Shown: positions 9,158 to 21,966 of the stretch, piece after piece
Layout of the letters: each line of letters starts with the position of its first letter
How positions within the stretch are numbered: position 1 is the stretch's first letter
From: an uncultured Phycisphaerales bacterium
Lineage (GTDB): Bacteria > Planctomycetota > Phycisphaerae > Phycisphaerales > SM1A02
DNA: 64,000 bases
Direction of reading: 5' to 3'
Assembly (NCBI GenBank): GCA_938084645.1
Contig: CALKEP010000022.1
Span: 32,001 to 96,000 of the forward strand
The notes under the pieces: generated by a model
Database searches by the model: none
What the model saw: only the letters and a program-made list of their open reading frames with translations
Told to the model about the DNA's origin: nothing
Position numbers and translations under genes: made by a program

Positions 9158-10135
9158 TCAGGTGAAGGCGACGGCGAGGCCGAGATTGAAGGCGTTGAAC
9201 AGTCCGTGGGCGATCATGCACGGCGCGGTCCGACCGGTTCGTTCCCGGATCGCCCCGAGTGCGATCGAGAGGAGGAACAGCGCCGTCATCGCGGAGACCG
9301 CGCTTTCCGCCGGGAGGATCGGGTAGTGCATCAGGGTGAAGACGACGCTGGTCATGAGGATGGCGGGGGTGACGGCCACCCCCACGATGCGGAAGCCCTG
9401 CTGCAGGAAGCCGCGGTAGAGGAGTTCCTCGATCACCGGAGCGCCGAGGACCGCATTGGCGGCGATCAACCACCACCAGCCGTCGCGGTCGCCCTGGACG
9501 AGGACTTCGAGGATCTCGTGGGCCACGAGTTCCGGCGTCGTCTCGGAGAACAACTGCTGCAGGTACTGGCCGACGATCGCCCCGGTCTGGACGAGGGGGA
9601 GGGCCACCAGCAGTCCGATGACCCCGATCACGATGCTCTTCCCGACGGTGGTGGGGGGCGTGGCATCCGGCTGGGTCGGTGTCCGTCGCCAGATCGGAAT
9701 CGCGAGGGCGCAGAGAAGGAGGCTGCCAAGAGTGGCGACCCAGCCGGCGACCGCGATCCCTCGGAGTGGTGATTCGTCCGCGCCGAGCCACGCCGCCGGT
9801 GTCAGCCCCACCGCGATGCCGCCGCCGATCAGTCCCACCGCGAAGAACGCCAGGCTCGGCCCCGCGGCGAGCCGCCAGGGCGTGCCGCGGATCGGATCGG
9901 ATGCTCGTCCGCGGATTCGTCGCCACCAGACGAGCAGGGCGATCGAGACCGGGGCGAGGAGGAGGGAGGTGAGCGACAGCCAGTCCTCGCCGCCGAAAGC
10001 CGGCGTGGTTTCGGCGGCCGGTGCCGTTTCGGTCGACGCTGCGAGTAGAATGTCCGCCGAACCGGGGACGGTCAGGCACGCCATCGCGAGCCCCGCCGCC
10101 GCCGGGATGCGGCGACGGACGCCGCGGCCTCCCAT
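9158..10135 (-). CDS. CPBP/Abi family intramembrane glutamic endopeptidase
   Basis: APVIEELLYRG, FTLMH and AHGLFN motifs; multiple TM helices; start approximate. Confidence 0.88.
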   Translation of the reverse strand: MGGRGVRRRIPAAAGLAMACLTVPGSADILLAASTETAPAAETTPAFGGEDWLSLTSLLLAPVSIALLVWWRRIRGRASDPIRGTPWRLAAGPSLAFFAVGLIGGGIAVGLTPAAWLGADESPLRGIAVAGWVATLGSLLLCALAIPIWRRTPTQPDATPPTTVGKSIVIGVIGLLVALPLVQTGAIVGQYLQQLFSETTPELVAHEILEVLVQGDRDGWWWLIAANAVLGAPVIEELLYRGFLQQGFRIVGVAVTPAILMTSVVFTLMHYPILPAESAVSAMTALFLLSIALGAIRERTGRTAPCMIAHGLFNAFNLGLAVAFT

Positions 10136-10160
10136 GCACTCGCGGGTCGACGATTCTCCG

Positions 10161-10991
10161 ATGGACAACGTGCTCGAAGAAATCGTCGCTCGAAAGCGGA
10201 TCGAGGTCGAGAAGGCCCGTTCTCTCACGCCGATCGAGTCCATCAAGGACCGGATCGAGGAGATCGGCCGTCCGCGGAACTTCTTCCGGGCGGTGGTCGC
10301 GGATCGAAGGCCGCGGAATTTCCGCGTGATCGCCGAGGTCAAGCGGAAGAGTCCCTCGGCCGGCGTCATTCGCGAGGATTTCGATCCGGCGGACATCGCT
10401 TCACGCTACCACTCGGGCGGTGCGGCCGCGATCTCCTGTCTCACCGACGCGCACTACTTCGGGGGCGACCTCGGGTACATCCTCCGGATCAAGGATCGAG
10501 TTCCACTGCCGGTTCTGCGCAAGGACTTCATCGTCGACGAGTATCAGGTCTGGGAGTCTCGAGCCGCCGGCGCGGACGCGATCCTGCTCATCGCGGAGGT
10601 TCTCAGCGAGGGGCAGATCATCGACTATCAGATCCTCGCGACCGAACTGGGGATGACCTCGCTCGTGGAGGTGCACTCGATCGACAACCTCTATCGCGTG
10701 TTGAACCACGTGGGCTTTCCGCACGCGGGCTACTCCCTGCTGGGCGTGAACAACCGCGACCTGTCCACCATGACCACGGATCTCGCGCACACCTTCCGGG
10801 TGCTCGATCTCGTGGAGGATCCTCGGGTGCTGGTGAGCGAGTCCGGGATCCGGACCGTCGACGATCTCCGTCGCCTTCGCGAGCATGGAATCAACATCGC
10901 CCTGGTCGGGGAGCATCTGATGCGTGAGCCCGATCCCGGTGCCGCCCTCGCCGAACTGCTCGCCGACATCGATTCCTCGCCGCGGGACTGA
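10161..10991 (+). CDS. trpC: Indole-3-glycerol phosphate synthase
   Basis: VIAEVKRKSPSAG, LPVLRKDFIVD, GADAILLI, GVNNRDL, VSESGI; start trimmed from the track ORF. Confidence 0.96.
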   Translation: MDNVLEEIVARKRIEVEKARSLTPIESIKDRIEEIGRPRNFFRAVVADRRPRNFRVIAEVKRKSPSAGVIREDFDPADIASRYHSGGAAAISCLTDAHYFGGDLGYILRIKDRVPLPVLRKDFIVDEYQVWESRAAGADAILLIAEVLSEGQIIDYQILATELGMTSLVEVHSIDNLYRVLNHVGFPHAGYSLLGVNNRDLSTMTTDLAHTFRVLDLVEDPRVLVSESGIRTVDDLRRLREHGINIALVGEHLMREPDPGAALAELLADIDSSPRD

Positions 10992-11029
10992 GCCCGCCAC
11001 TTCGATCCTCTCGTCTCGAGATCCACTCC

Positions 11030-12586
11030 ATGTCCGACGTCACCACCTCGAATCACGCCGTCGACCCCTGCACCCTCGTCATCTTCGGGGCCTCGGGCGA
11101 TCTCACCGCCCGAAAGCTGATTCCGGCGATGTACGAGATGACGCGGATGGGGCTGCTGCCCGAGCGAACCCGCATCCTGGGCGTCGCCCGCCGGGAAAAG
11201 TCCGATGACGCGTGGCGCGAGGAGCTCGAGCCGTGGGTTCGGAAGCACGATCCCGACTTCGACGAAGCGGCCTGGCGCGATCTCGCCGCCCGGATCCACT
11301 ACCTGCCCGCGGACGCCACGACCTCCGACGGCATGGCGGCGGTCGGCAAGCGGGTCGCGGAGCTCGACGCGGCCGGCGGCAACGGTGGCAACGTCCTGTT
11401 CTTCCTCAGCGTGGCGAGCTCGCTCTACGAGCCCATCGTCGAGAAGATCGACGAAGCCGGTCTGGTCGTCGAGGGCAAGCGGTGGTGCAGCATCGATCCC
11501 GACGCCGCCAACTGGCAGCGGATCATCATCGAGAAGCCGTTTGGAAACGACGACACCTCGGCGAAGAGCCTCAACCGGACCCTCGGACGTGCGTTCGAGG
11601 AGGAGTCGATCTATCGCATCGACCACTACCTCGCGAAGGAGATCGTGCAGAGTCTGCTGGTCTTCCGGTTCGCGAACATCCTCTGGGAGCCGGTCTGGAA
11701 CCAGCAGTACATCGACCACGTCCAGATCACCGCGGCCGAAACCGTCGGTGTGGGACAGCGGACCGCGTTCTACGACCAGACCGGGGCGATCCGCGACATG
11801 ATCCAGTCGCATCTCTTCCAGATCCTCGCCTTCGTCGCCATGGAACCGCCCACCGACTACACCCCGGAGCACATCCGGAGCGAGAAGGTCAAGGTCATCG
11901 ACGCCCTGGTGCCCACCCCGCTCGACCGGGTCGCCGATTACTGCGCGCTCGGTCAGTACGCGTCCGACGGCGGCGACGACCCGGGCTTCGCGGCCAGCGA
12001 GGGCGTCGCCTCCGGGAGCACCACCGAGACCTTCGCGGCGCTGGAACTGCAGTTCCAGAACTGGCGTTGGGCCGGGACGCCGTTCTACCTTCGCAGCGGA
12101 AAGCGGATGGCCGAGAAGCGGACCGAGGTCGTCGTGCAGTTCAAGCCTCCGGCGGCCAATCTCTTCCGGAAGCTCCCCGACTTCGCCGGTGGTGATCGGC
12201 TGGTGCCCGACCGGCTGGTGTTCACGGTCGCGCCGACCGAACGGCTCAGTCTCCGCTTCGAGACCAAGCGTCCGGGACTGGGCATCCACATCGATCCGCT
12301 GGAGATGATGGCGGACGTCGGCGCCACGTTCGACGCGCCGTCGCTCGAGGCCTACGGCCCGCTCATGATCGACGCGATGAAGGGCGATCAGACGCTGTTC
12401 AAGAGCCGGACCGAGGTCGAGAGCGCCTGGGACGCGGTGATGCCGTTCCTCGATGCTTCGAGTGCGGACGCCCGGAAGGGCATTCGTGACAACTACCAGC
12501 CGGGTTCGTGGGGCCCCGATTCGGCGCGGGAACTGCTCGCTCGCAAGGGTCGCCGCTGGCGCGAGGACGATACGAGCGAGGGATGA
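11030..12586 (+). CDS. zwf: Glucose-6-phosphate 1-dehydrogenase
   Basis: IFGASGDL, IIEKPFG, RIDHYLAKE, PFYLRSGK. Confidence 0.97.
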   Translation: MSDVTTSNHAVDPCTLVIFGASGDLTARKLIPAMYEMTRMGLLPERTRILGVARREKSDDAWREELEPWVRKHDPDFDEAAWRDLAARIHYLPADATTSDGMAAVGKRVAELDAAGGNGGNVLFFLSVASSLYEPIVEKIDEAGLVVEGKRWCSIDPDAANWQRIIIEKPFGNDDTSAKSLNRTLGRAFEEESIYRIDHYLAKEIVQSLLVFRFANILWEPVWNQQYIDHVQITAAETVGVGQRTAFYDQTGAIRDMIQSHLFQILAFVAMEPPTDYTPEHIRSEKVKVIDALVPTPLDRVADYCALGQYASDGGDDPGFAASEGVASGSTTETFAALELQFQNWRWAGTPFYLRSGKRMAEKRTEVVVQFKPPAANLFRKLPDFAGGDRLVPDRLVFTVAPTERLSLRFETKRPGLGIHIDPLEMMADVGATFDAPSLEAYGPLMIDAMKGDQTLFKSRTEVESAWDAVMPFLDASSADARKGIRDNYQPGSWGPDSARELLARKGRRWREDDTSEG

Positions 12587-12684
12587 TGCCGGCGCGGCGC
12601 CGGTGTTCGAAGGTCATTGATGGCATGAGCCGGCCCTCGAAGGTCGGATGTCGCGAGGCGACAGGAAATGAAGGGAAGGAAGGC

Positions 12685-13473
12685 ATGAGCGACACCTACG
12701 AGATCGAGGACGACGGATTCCAGGTTCCGTCCCTGCCCGGGGGGGTCAACGTGGCCGCGGACGAGGAGGACGCGCAGGAGCGGCTCGGGCGCGACCTGCT
12801 CGCGGTGGCGAAGCAGGCGGTTCGCGAGCGGGGAATCTTCCATCTGGCGCTGTCCGGCGGCGGCACCCCGATGCCGCTCTATCGAAGGCTCATGATCGAT
12901 CCGTTGTTCCGGGAGATGCCGTGGAGCAACACCCATCTCTGGATCGTCGACGAGCGACGCGCACCCTTCGACAGCGACACCAACAACTTCAAGCACATCC
13001 ATGAACTGATCATCGAGCACTGCGACATCCCCGGTGCGAACGTGCACCCGATGCCGGTCGAGGACGACGATGCCGCCGATCTCTACGAAGCGGAGCTTCG
13101 GGAATGCCTGATGCTCGGGGGTGGTCCCGACGAGCGGGATCGGGGTCGACTCGACTTCGTGCTGCTCGGGATGGGCCCGGACGGGCACACCGCGAGCCTG
13201 TTTCCCCACAGCCCCGCACTGCTGGTCGAGGATCGATGGGTGGTCGACAACGACGCGCCGAGCGTGGTGCCTCCGCCTCGGGTCACCATGACGTATCCGC
13301 TGCTCAACGATGCGCGTTCGATCGCGTTCTACGTGCTTGGTGCGAAGAAGGCGGAGATGATCGCTCGGATCTCCAGCGGCGAGGACGGCTTCGAGACCCT
13401 GCCCTGCAAGGGGATCCGTCCGCTGCGTGGTGAGATGATCTGGTACGTGGACCGGGCCGCCTGCGGCGGTTGA
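12685..13473 (+). CDS. pgl: 6-phosphogluconolactonase
   Basis: ALSGGGTP, VDER, LLGMGPDGHTASLFP; follows zwf; AAGGAAGG RBS. Confidence 0.95.
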   Translation: MSDTYEIEDDGFQVPSLPGGVNVAADEEDAQERLGRDLLAVAKQAVRERGIFHLALSGGGTPMPLYRRLMIDPLFREMPWSNTHLWIVDERRAPFDSDTNNFKHIHELIIEHCDIPGANVHPMPVEDDDAADLYEAELRECLMLGGGPDERDRGRLDFVLLGMGPDGHTASLFPHSPALLVEDRWVVDNDAPSVVPPPRVTMTYPLLNDARSIAFYVLGAKKAEMIARISSGEDGFETLPCKGIRPLRGEMIWYVDRAACGG

Positions 13474-13479
13474 AGCGAC

Positions 13480-13884
13480 TCAGCGACGGAGCCAGTCCTC
13501 GAGGATGTTCGCGGCCGCGATGGCGTCCTGGATCTTCTTCTTGCCCTTGTGGGTGAGGCCCGATCCCTTCAACGCCTCGTCGGCCTCGAAACTCGAGAGT
13601 CGCTCGTCGTGATACTCGACCTGGAGCCCGGTCCGTTCGGCCACGCGGGCGCCGAATGCCCGGGCGGCGAGGGCCCGGGGTCCTTCGGTGTCGTCCATGT
13701 TGATGGGAAGCCCGATCAGGACGAGGTCCGGGCCGAACGCCTCGGTCGCCGAGACGATCTTCTCGAATCGGCGTTCCGGATCGCGTTCCACGATCACGTC
13801 GAGCGGTTGCACGGTGCCCGTGAGGTCTTCGCCCGCCGCGAGGCCGGTCCGAACGTCTCCGAGATCGACGGCGAGGATCCGCAT
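13480..13884 (-). CDS. ruvX: RuvX/YqgF family nuclease
   Basis: ILAVDLGDVRTGLA, IGLP, DERLSS, DAIAAANIL. Confidence 0.95.
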   Translation of the reverse strand: MRILAVDLGDVRTGLAAGEDLTGTVQPLDVIVERDPERRFEKIVSATEAFGPDLVLIGLPINMDDTEGPRALAARAFGARVAERTGLQVEYHDERLSSFEADEALKGSGLTHKGKKKIQDAIAAANILEDWLRR

Positions 13885-13888
13885 GGCT

Positions 13889-14974
13889 TCAGCGAAGGTC
13901 CTCGGGCACCCGGCCGGCCAGGTCCTTGACCTTCTGGGCGTCCTCGGCCCGGCACACCAGCGTCGCCTTCGCGGTGTGGATCACCACGAGATCCTCGCAT
14001 CCGATGGTGCAGATCACGTGGTCAGGCTCCTCGCTGAAGACGAGCAGGTCCTTCGAGTCGATCCCCACGTGGGTGGTCGACGTCGCCACGCGGTTGCCCG
14101 CGGCATCGGGGGCGATCGTCTCGCCGAGACTGGGCCAGCTCCCGACGTCGATCCACGACACGTCCATCGGCACCGTGCAGATCGAGAGCGACGGGTCGAC
14201 CCCCGCCGGTTCCATGAGTCCGTAGTCGACGCTGATCTTCTTCAGGTCGGGGTAGATCGCGCGGAGGGTCGCGTCGCGTCGGTCGTCGTCCCAGTGCGCC
14301 GCGATCCGATCGAGCCCGTCGCGGGTGGCCGGTTCGTATCGGGCGATCGCGTCCAGGACCGTGCCGGCGTGGAACACGAACATCCCGCTGTTCCACGCGA
14401 ACCGGCCGGTCTCGAGATACGCCTCCGCGGTCTCCCGGTCGGGCTTCTCGACGAAACGTGCGGCCTGAAAGCAGCCGGGAGCGCCTTCGATCGCGTCGCC
14501 CTGTTCGACGTAGCCGTATTCGCTGGCGGGTCGGGTCGGAGTGATCGCGAACGTCACGAAGCGACTTGGATCCGCTTCCACGAGTCTGAAGCCCGCATCG
14601 AGCCGTTCCGCGAAGACCGCCTGCGGCTCGATCACGTGGTCCGCGGTCAGCACCGCGAAGATCGCGTCGGGATCCCGTCGGGCGAGCACCGCGGCGGTCA
14701 GGCCGACCGCGTTCAGGGTGTCGCGTCCGCAGGGTTCGCCGAGGATGTGTTCGTCGTCGATTCCGGGGACCGAGGATCGGACCTGCGCCCGGAATCGTTC
14801 GCCGGTGCACACCCAGCGGTGATCCGCGTCGACCACGCCGGCGAGGCGGTCGCTCGCGACCTCGAGCAGACACCGGCCATCGATCAACGGGACCAGCTGC
14901 TTGGGTCGGTCGTTTCGGCTGATCGGCCAGAGTCGGGTGCCGGAGCCGCCGGCCATGATCATCGCGTGTCGCAT
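13889..14974 (-). CDS. manC: Mannose-1-phosphate guanylyltransferase
   Basis: IMAGGSGTRLWPISR..PKQL, FVEKPD, WNSGMF, ISVDYGLME, WIDVGSW. Confidence 0.92.
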   Translation of the reverse strand: MRHAMIMAGGSGTRLWPISRNDRPKQLVPLIDGRCLLEVASDRLAGVVDADHRWVCTGERFRAQVRSSVPGIDDEHILGEPCGRDTLNAVGLTAAVLARRDPDAIFAVLTADHVIEPQAVFAERLDAGFRLVEADPSRFVTFAITPTRPASEYGYVEQGDAIEGAPGCFQAARFVEKPDRETAEAYLETGRFAWNSGMFVFHAGTVLDAIARYEPATRDGLDRIAAHWDDDRRDATLRAIYPDLKKISVDYGLMEPAGVDPSLSICTVPMDVSWIDVGSWPSLGETIAPDAAGNRVATSTTHVGIDSKDLLVFSEEPDHVICTIGCEDLVVIHTAKATLVCRAEDAQKVKDLAGRVPEDLR

Positions 14975-15023
14975 GTTTGGATTCGCTTCGAGAGTTCGTG
15001 GCGTTTCGGTTCGAACGACGCGA

Positions 15024-15665
15024 TCAGGTCACGGTGTCCTTCAGGCGGAGGGCCGCGGCGACGAGCGCGTCGGCGTCGGTGATGGTGGGATCGGCCCGAC
15101 GAACCCGGTCGACGAGTTCGACGGCGATGGTTCGAGCCTCGCCGAGCTGGACGAGGACCGTGATCGCGTCCCGGGCGCCGTCGGGGACCGCGGAGCCCTC
15201 GAGTTCGGTGTGGGCTCCGTCGCCGCCGCAGAGGACGGCGAAGTCCTGTTCGACCTTTTCGGCGAGGTCGAGCACGATGGTCTCGGCGGTTCGCTTGCCG
15301 ATCTCGGGAAGGGCGCGGAGGGTGTCGGCGTCGCGTTCGGCGATGGCCCGGGCGACGGTCGACATCGGCATCGCGAGGGCTCGGAGCGCCTTGCGGTAGC
15401 CGATCCCCTTGACCGACGTGAAGAGTTCGAAGAACGATCGCTCGACGTCGTTCGCGAATCCGATGAGGCGCGGACGGAAGACGGCGCCGTTCGACTGGCT
15501 CTCGAGGTAGTGGAGCACGGTGAGGTCCACCGGCTGGCCGATGGCGAGCCGGAGCCGGCCCACGTCCCCCGCGGGGAGCATGACGTCGTAGCCGATCGGT
15601 CCGACCTGGATCGTCGCGACCTGCTCGTTCACTTCCCGGAGTTCGCCGTGGAGGCTGGAGATCAT
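15024..15665 (-). CDS. ruvA: Holliday junction branch migration protein RuvA
   Basis: MISSLHG, GYDV, SVKGIG, LPEIGKRTAETIVLDL. Confidence 0.93.
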   Translation of the reverse strand: MISSLHGELREVNEQVATIQVGPIGYDVMLPAGDVGRLRLAIGQPVDLTVLHYLESQSNGAVFRPRLIGFANDVERSFFELFTSVKGIGYRKALRALAMPMSTVARAIAERDADTLRALPEIGKRTAETIVLDLAEKVEQDFAVLCGGDGAHTELEGSAVPDGARDAITVLVQLGEARTIAVELVDRVRRADPTITDADALVAAALRLKDTVT

Positions 15666-15695
15666 GCCCGGACTGTAGCAGGCCCTCGTCGCCGA

Positions 15696-16490
15696 TCAGT
15701 CCGCCTCGTCCTCGGTCGCGGCTGCGGTTTCGAGCATCGACTCGTCGTTCCGCGGCCAGTCGCTTCGGCGGGCGATCGCGTCCCGAAGCATCTCCGAGGC
15801 GACTGCAGGATCCTTCTCCCGGGAGAGATCCAGCACCTCCACGAACTCGACCACGGCTCGACTGCGTCGGGCGAGTGACCCCCATGCGGTCTCGGCGTAC
15901 GGCGTGTCGTGGATCCAGAGGACCAGGACTGGCGCGCGGGTGAGTCGGGCCAGCAGGCCGACCCCGGGCTGGAACGGCCGGAGTTCGCCCGGCGGGCGGA
16001 CGATCGCACCCTCCGGGAAGAGGCCGATGATCCCGCCCCCCTTGACGTGCCGGACCGCCTGTCGGAGGGTCGTGGAGTCCTCGTGCCCGTGGCGGACCGG
16101 GAGCACCTGGCCCGCCTTCCAGGCGAAGTCGAGGGCGGGGGCCATCATGTCGGCCCACATCATCCAGCGGATCAGTCTTCTGATCCCGGTCTGCACGAGC
16201 ATGGGATCCATGCCCGCGGTGTGGTTCGCGACCACGATTCCGCCACCTGCGCCGCCCCGGCGAAACGTCTCGGGAAGCCGGTCGAATCCTTCGAATCGCA
16301 CTCGGTGGACCCAGCGGCAGTAGCAGCACGACATGAGGTCGATCATCCCGACCAGCGGGCCGTCGCCGATCCGGGCGTCGAGGGCCGCTCGCACCCGCCG
16401 GGTCGTCCTCGGAACGAGCCACATCCAGAGCGTGGTCCAGGCCGTGATCCCGGCGGCGATCCAGATGATGATGGCGGGAGAACTCACCAC
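15696..16490 (-). CDS. Lysophospholipid acyltransferase (PlsC family)
   Basis: NHTAGMD (HX4D), FPEG; AAGGAGG RBS before GTG 16490. Confidence 0.9.
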   Translation of the reverse strand: MVSSPAIIIWIAAGITAWTTLWMWLVPRTTRRVRAALDARIGDGPLVGMIDLMSCCYCRWVHRVRFEGFDRLPETFRRGGAGGGIVVANHTAGMDPMLVQTGIRRLIRWMMWADMMAPALDFAWKAGQVLPVRHGHEDSTTLRQAVRHVKGGGIIGLFPEGAIVRPPGELRPFQPGVGLLARLTRAPVLVLWIHDTPYAETAWGSLARRSRAVVEFVEVLDLSREKDPAVASEMLRDAIARRSDWPRNDESMLETAAATEDEAD

Positions 16491-16702
16491 CCAAGCCTCC
16501 TTGCCGTGCCCGCCGGCGTCAAGCGGCCGGTGGATGAACGGTCGTTCCGGTTCTCCAATCGGACGCGCTGCGGTATGCTGTCGGAGATTTGCGCGGATCG
16601 GGTTCCGACGGGACTCGGGCGGGTGGATCAAGAAGTCGGACGAGACGGCTCCGGACGCGGCGTCCGGCTCCGCCCTCGAACCGTGGGAGACGCTTGCCCC
16701 CT

Positions 16703-20197
<3,495 letters not shown>

Positions 20198-20377
20198 ACG
20201 AGCAGGATCTCCGTCCGATCCGCCTCCAGCCCCGATCGGTTTTCCGCAGGGAGCGAAGAAACGTCGTCCCGTCGGTCGATTGATGGGGGGCGGCCATGAT
20301 CCGGCTCGCTAGACTGTGTCACCCACGACCGCGCCCCAGGGGCGACGGCACGTCGATTCCAGAAACTCGGGTCCAGC

Positions 20378-21637
20378 ATGTTCACCGCAACCCCTGACCA
20401 GGTCCAGATCGTCTTCTCCATCCTCGTGATCGCGGTGCTGTTGCACGTGTTCCTCGGTGCCTGTGCGTACTCGATCATGCTCGAGCGGAAACTGAGTGCG
20501 TGGATGCAGGATCGCGTCGGGCCGAATCGCGTGGGTCCCAAGGGACTCCTGCAGCCGATCGCCGACGGTCTGAAGTTCCTCCTCAAGGAGGACTACACCC
20601 CGCTCGGGGTCGACAAGGCCCTGTTCACGATGGCCCCCGGACTGATCATGCTTCCCGCGATGATCGGGTTCGCCGTGGTGCCCTTCGCCGGCGTGATCGA
20701 CATCACCGCCCTGGTCAATCTGCTTGGGATCGCCCAGGCGAACACCGCGTACGAAGTCACGGTCGTCGGTGCGGACATCAACATCGGCGTCGTGTATCTC
20801 ATCGCCGTCGCCTCCCTCGGCGTCTTCGGCGTGACGCTGGGCGGCTGGGCCAGCAACAACAAGTGGTCGTTCCTGGGTGGCCTTCGCGCCGGGGCCCAGA
20901 TGATCTCCTACGAGATTCCGATGGGGCTCTCGCTGCTCGCGATCATCCTCGTCTCGGGGTCGATCAGCCCGATGGTCATCATCGGCGGCCAGATCGAAGG
21001 TGCGTGGAACCTCGTCCAGTTGCCCCTGGCGGCGATCATCTTCTACACCTGCATGCTGGCCGAGGCCAACCGGGCCCCGTTCGACCTCGCGGAGTGCGAG
21101 AGCGAGCTCGTCGGCGGGTACCACACCGAGTACTCCTCGATGCGGTTCGCGATCTTCTTCCTCGCCGAGTACTTCCACATGATCACCGGGGCGGCGTTCT
21201 TCACGATGCTCTTCCTCGGTGGCTGGTCCCTGAACCCCTTCGGTGGCTGGGATCTTCCGGTCGCCGGTCCCTGGTGGATCGGTCTGATCCAGTTCGGCGT
21301 GGTCGCCTTCAAGATCTTCCTGCTGGTGGCGTTCGCGATGGCCATTCGCTGGACGCTGCCGAGATTCCGCTTCGATCAGCTGATGCGGCTCGCCTGGGAA
21401 GGCATGATTCCCGCCTCGCTGCTGGTCATGCTGACGGTTTCCTTCTTCCTCTTCATGGGCTGGACGGACTACATGTGGCTCGGTTCGATCGGCTGCATCG
21501 TGCTGATCTACGTCATCCTGCCGTTCATGCCCCAGCAGGCGGATCCGAACCACCGTACCCGGCTCATCGGAAGTCGCTTCAGCCCGGCCGGAGACGATCC
21601 GACCCGCGAGCAACTCACCGAGGCCACCTCCGGCTGA
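20378..21637 (+). CDS. nuoH: NADH-quinone oxidoreductase subunit H
   Basis: ERKLSAWMQDRVGPNRVGP, QPIADGLK, NRAPFDLAECESELVGGYHTEYS, PRFRFDQLM. Confidence 0.97.
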   Translation: MFTATPDQVQIVFSILVIAVLLHVFLGACAYSIMLERKLSAWMQDRVGPNRVGPKGLLQPIADGLKFLLKEDYTPLGVDKALFTMAPGLIMLPAMIGFAVVPFAGVIDITALVNLLGIAQANTAYEVTVVGADINIGVVYLIAVASLGVFGVTLGGWASNNKWSFLGGLRAGAQMISYEIPMGLSLLAIILVSGSISPMVIIGGQIEGAWNLVQLPLAAIIFYTCMLAEANRAPFDLAECESELVGGYHTEYSSMRFAIFFLAEYFHMITGAAFFTMLFLGGWSLNPFGGWDLPVAGPWWIGLIQFGVVAFKIFLLVAFAMAIRWTLPRFRFDQLMRLAWEGMIPASLLVMLTVSFFLFMGWTDYMWLGSIGCIVLIYVILPFMPQQADPNHRTRLIGSRFSPAGDDPTREQLTEATSG

Positions 21638-21662
21638 CCGCGACATCGATCGATCCCGGCCC

Positions 21663-21887
21663 ATGCAGACCCTGCGAAACCTGATCCCCGGCGTCCTCGG
21701 CCTGCTCCACCTCGGAGTCGCGACTCGATTCCGGATTCGTGGGGCGTACTGGCGATGGCGGATGGAGACGGCGCTCGGGGCGGACCGGGACACGTGGCCC
21801 TCGGCGGGTGAGCGGCTCAGATCCATCCTGGCCTACGGTGCGTGGGCTCGTCGGCTCCGCAAGGCTGCCGCCGCTCCGCGCGGCTGA
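21663..21887 (+). CDS. Small basic hypothetical protein
   Basis: 74-aa ORF filling the gap between nuoH and radA; protein-like composition. Confidence 0.65.
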   Translation: MQTLRNLIPGVLGLLHLGVATRFRIRGAYWRWRMETALGADRDTWPSAGERLRSILAYGAWARRLRKAAAAPRG

Positions 21888-21966
21888 GCACCATCCTCCA
21901 ATCCGGTCGCGTGCATTCCCGTCGACTTCGGTCAGTACGCGAAGGTGGCCCCGTAGACTCGGGACC

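Noticed and set aside
20217..20235. Possible 5'-3' pairing of the carB leader motif with its 3' UTR (GATCCGCCT)
   Set aside because: Only about 9 contiguous bp with two G-U pairs; easily chance at this GC content.
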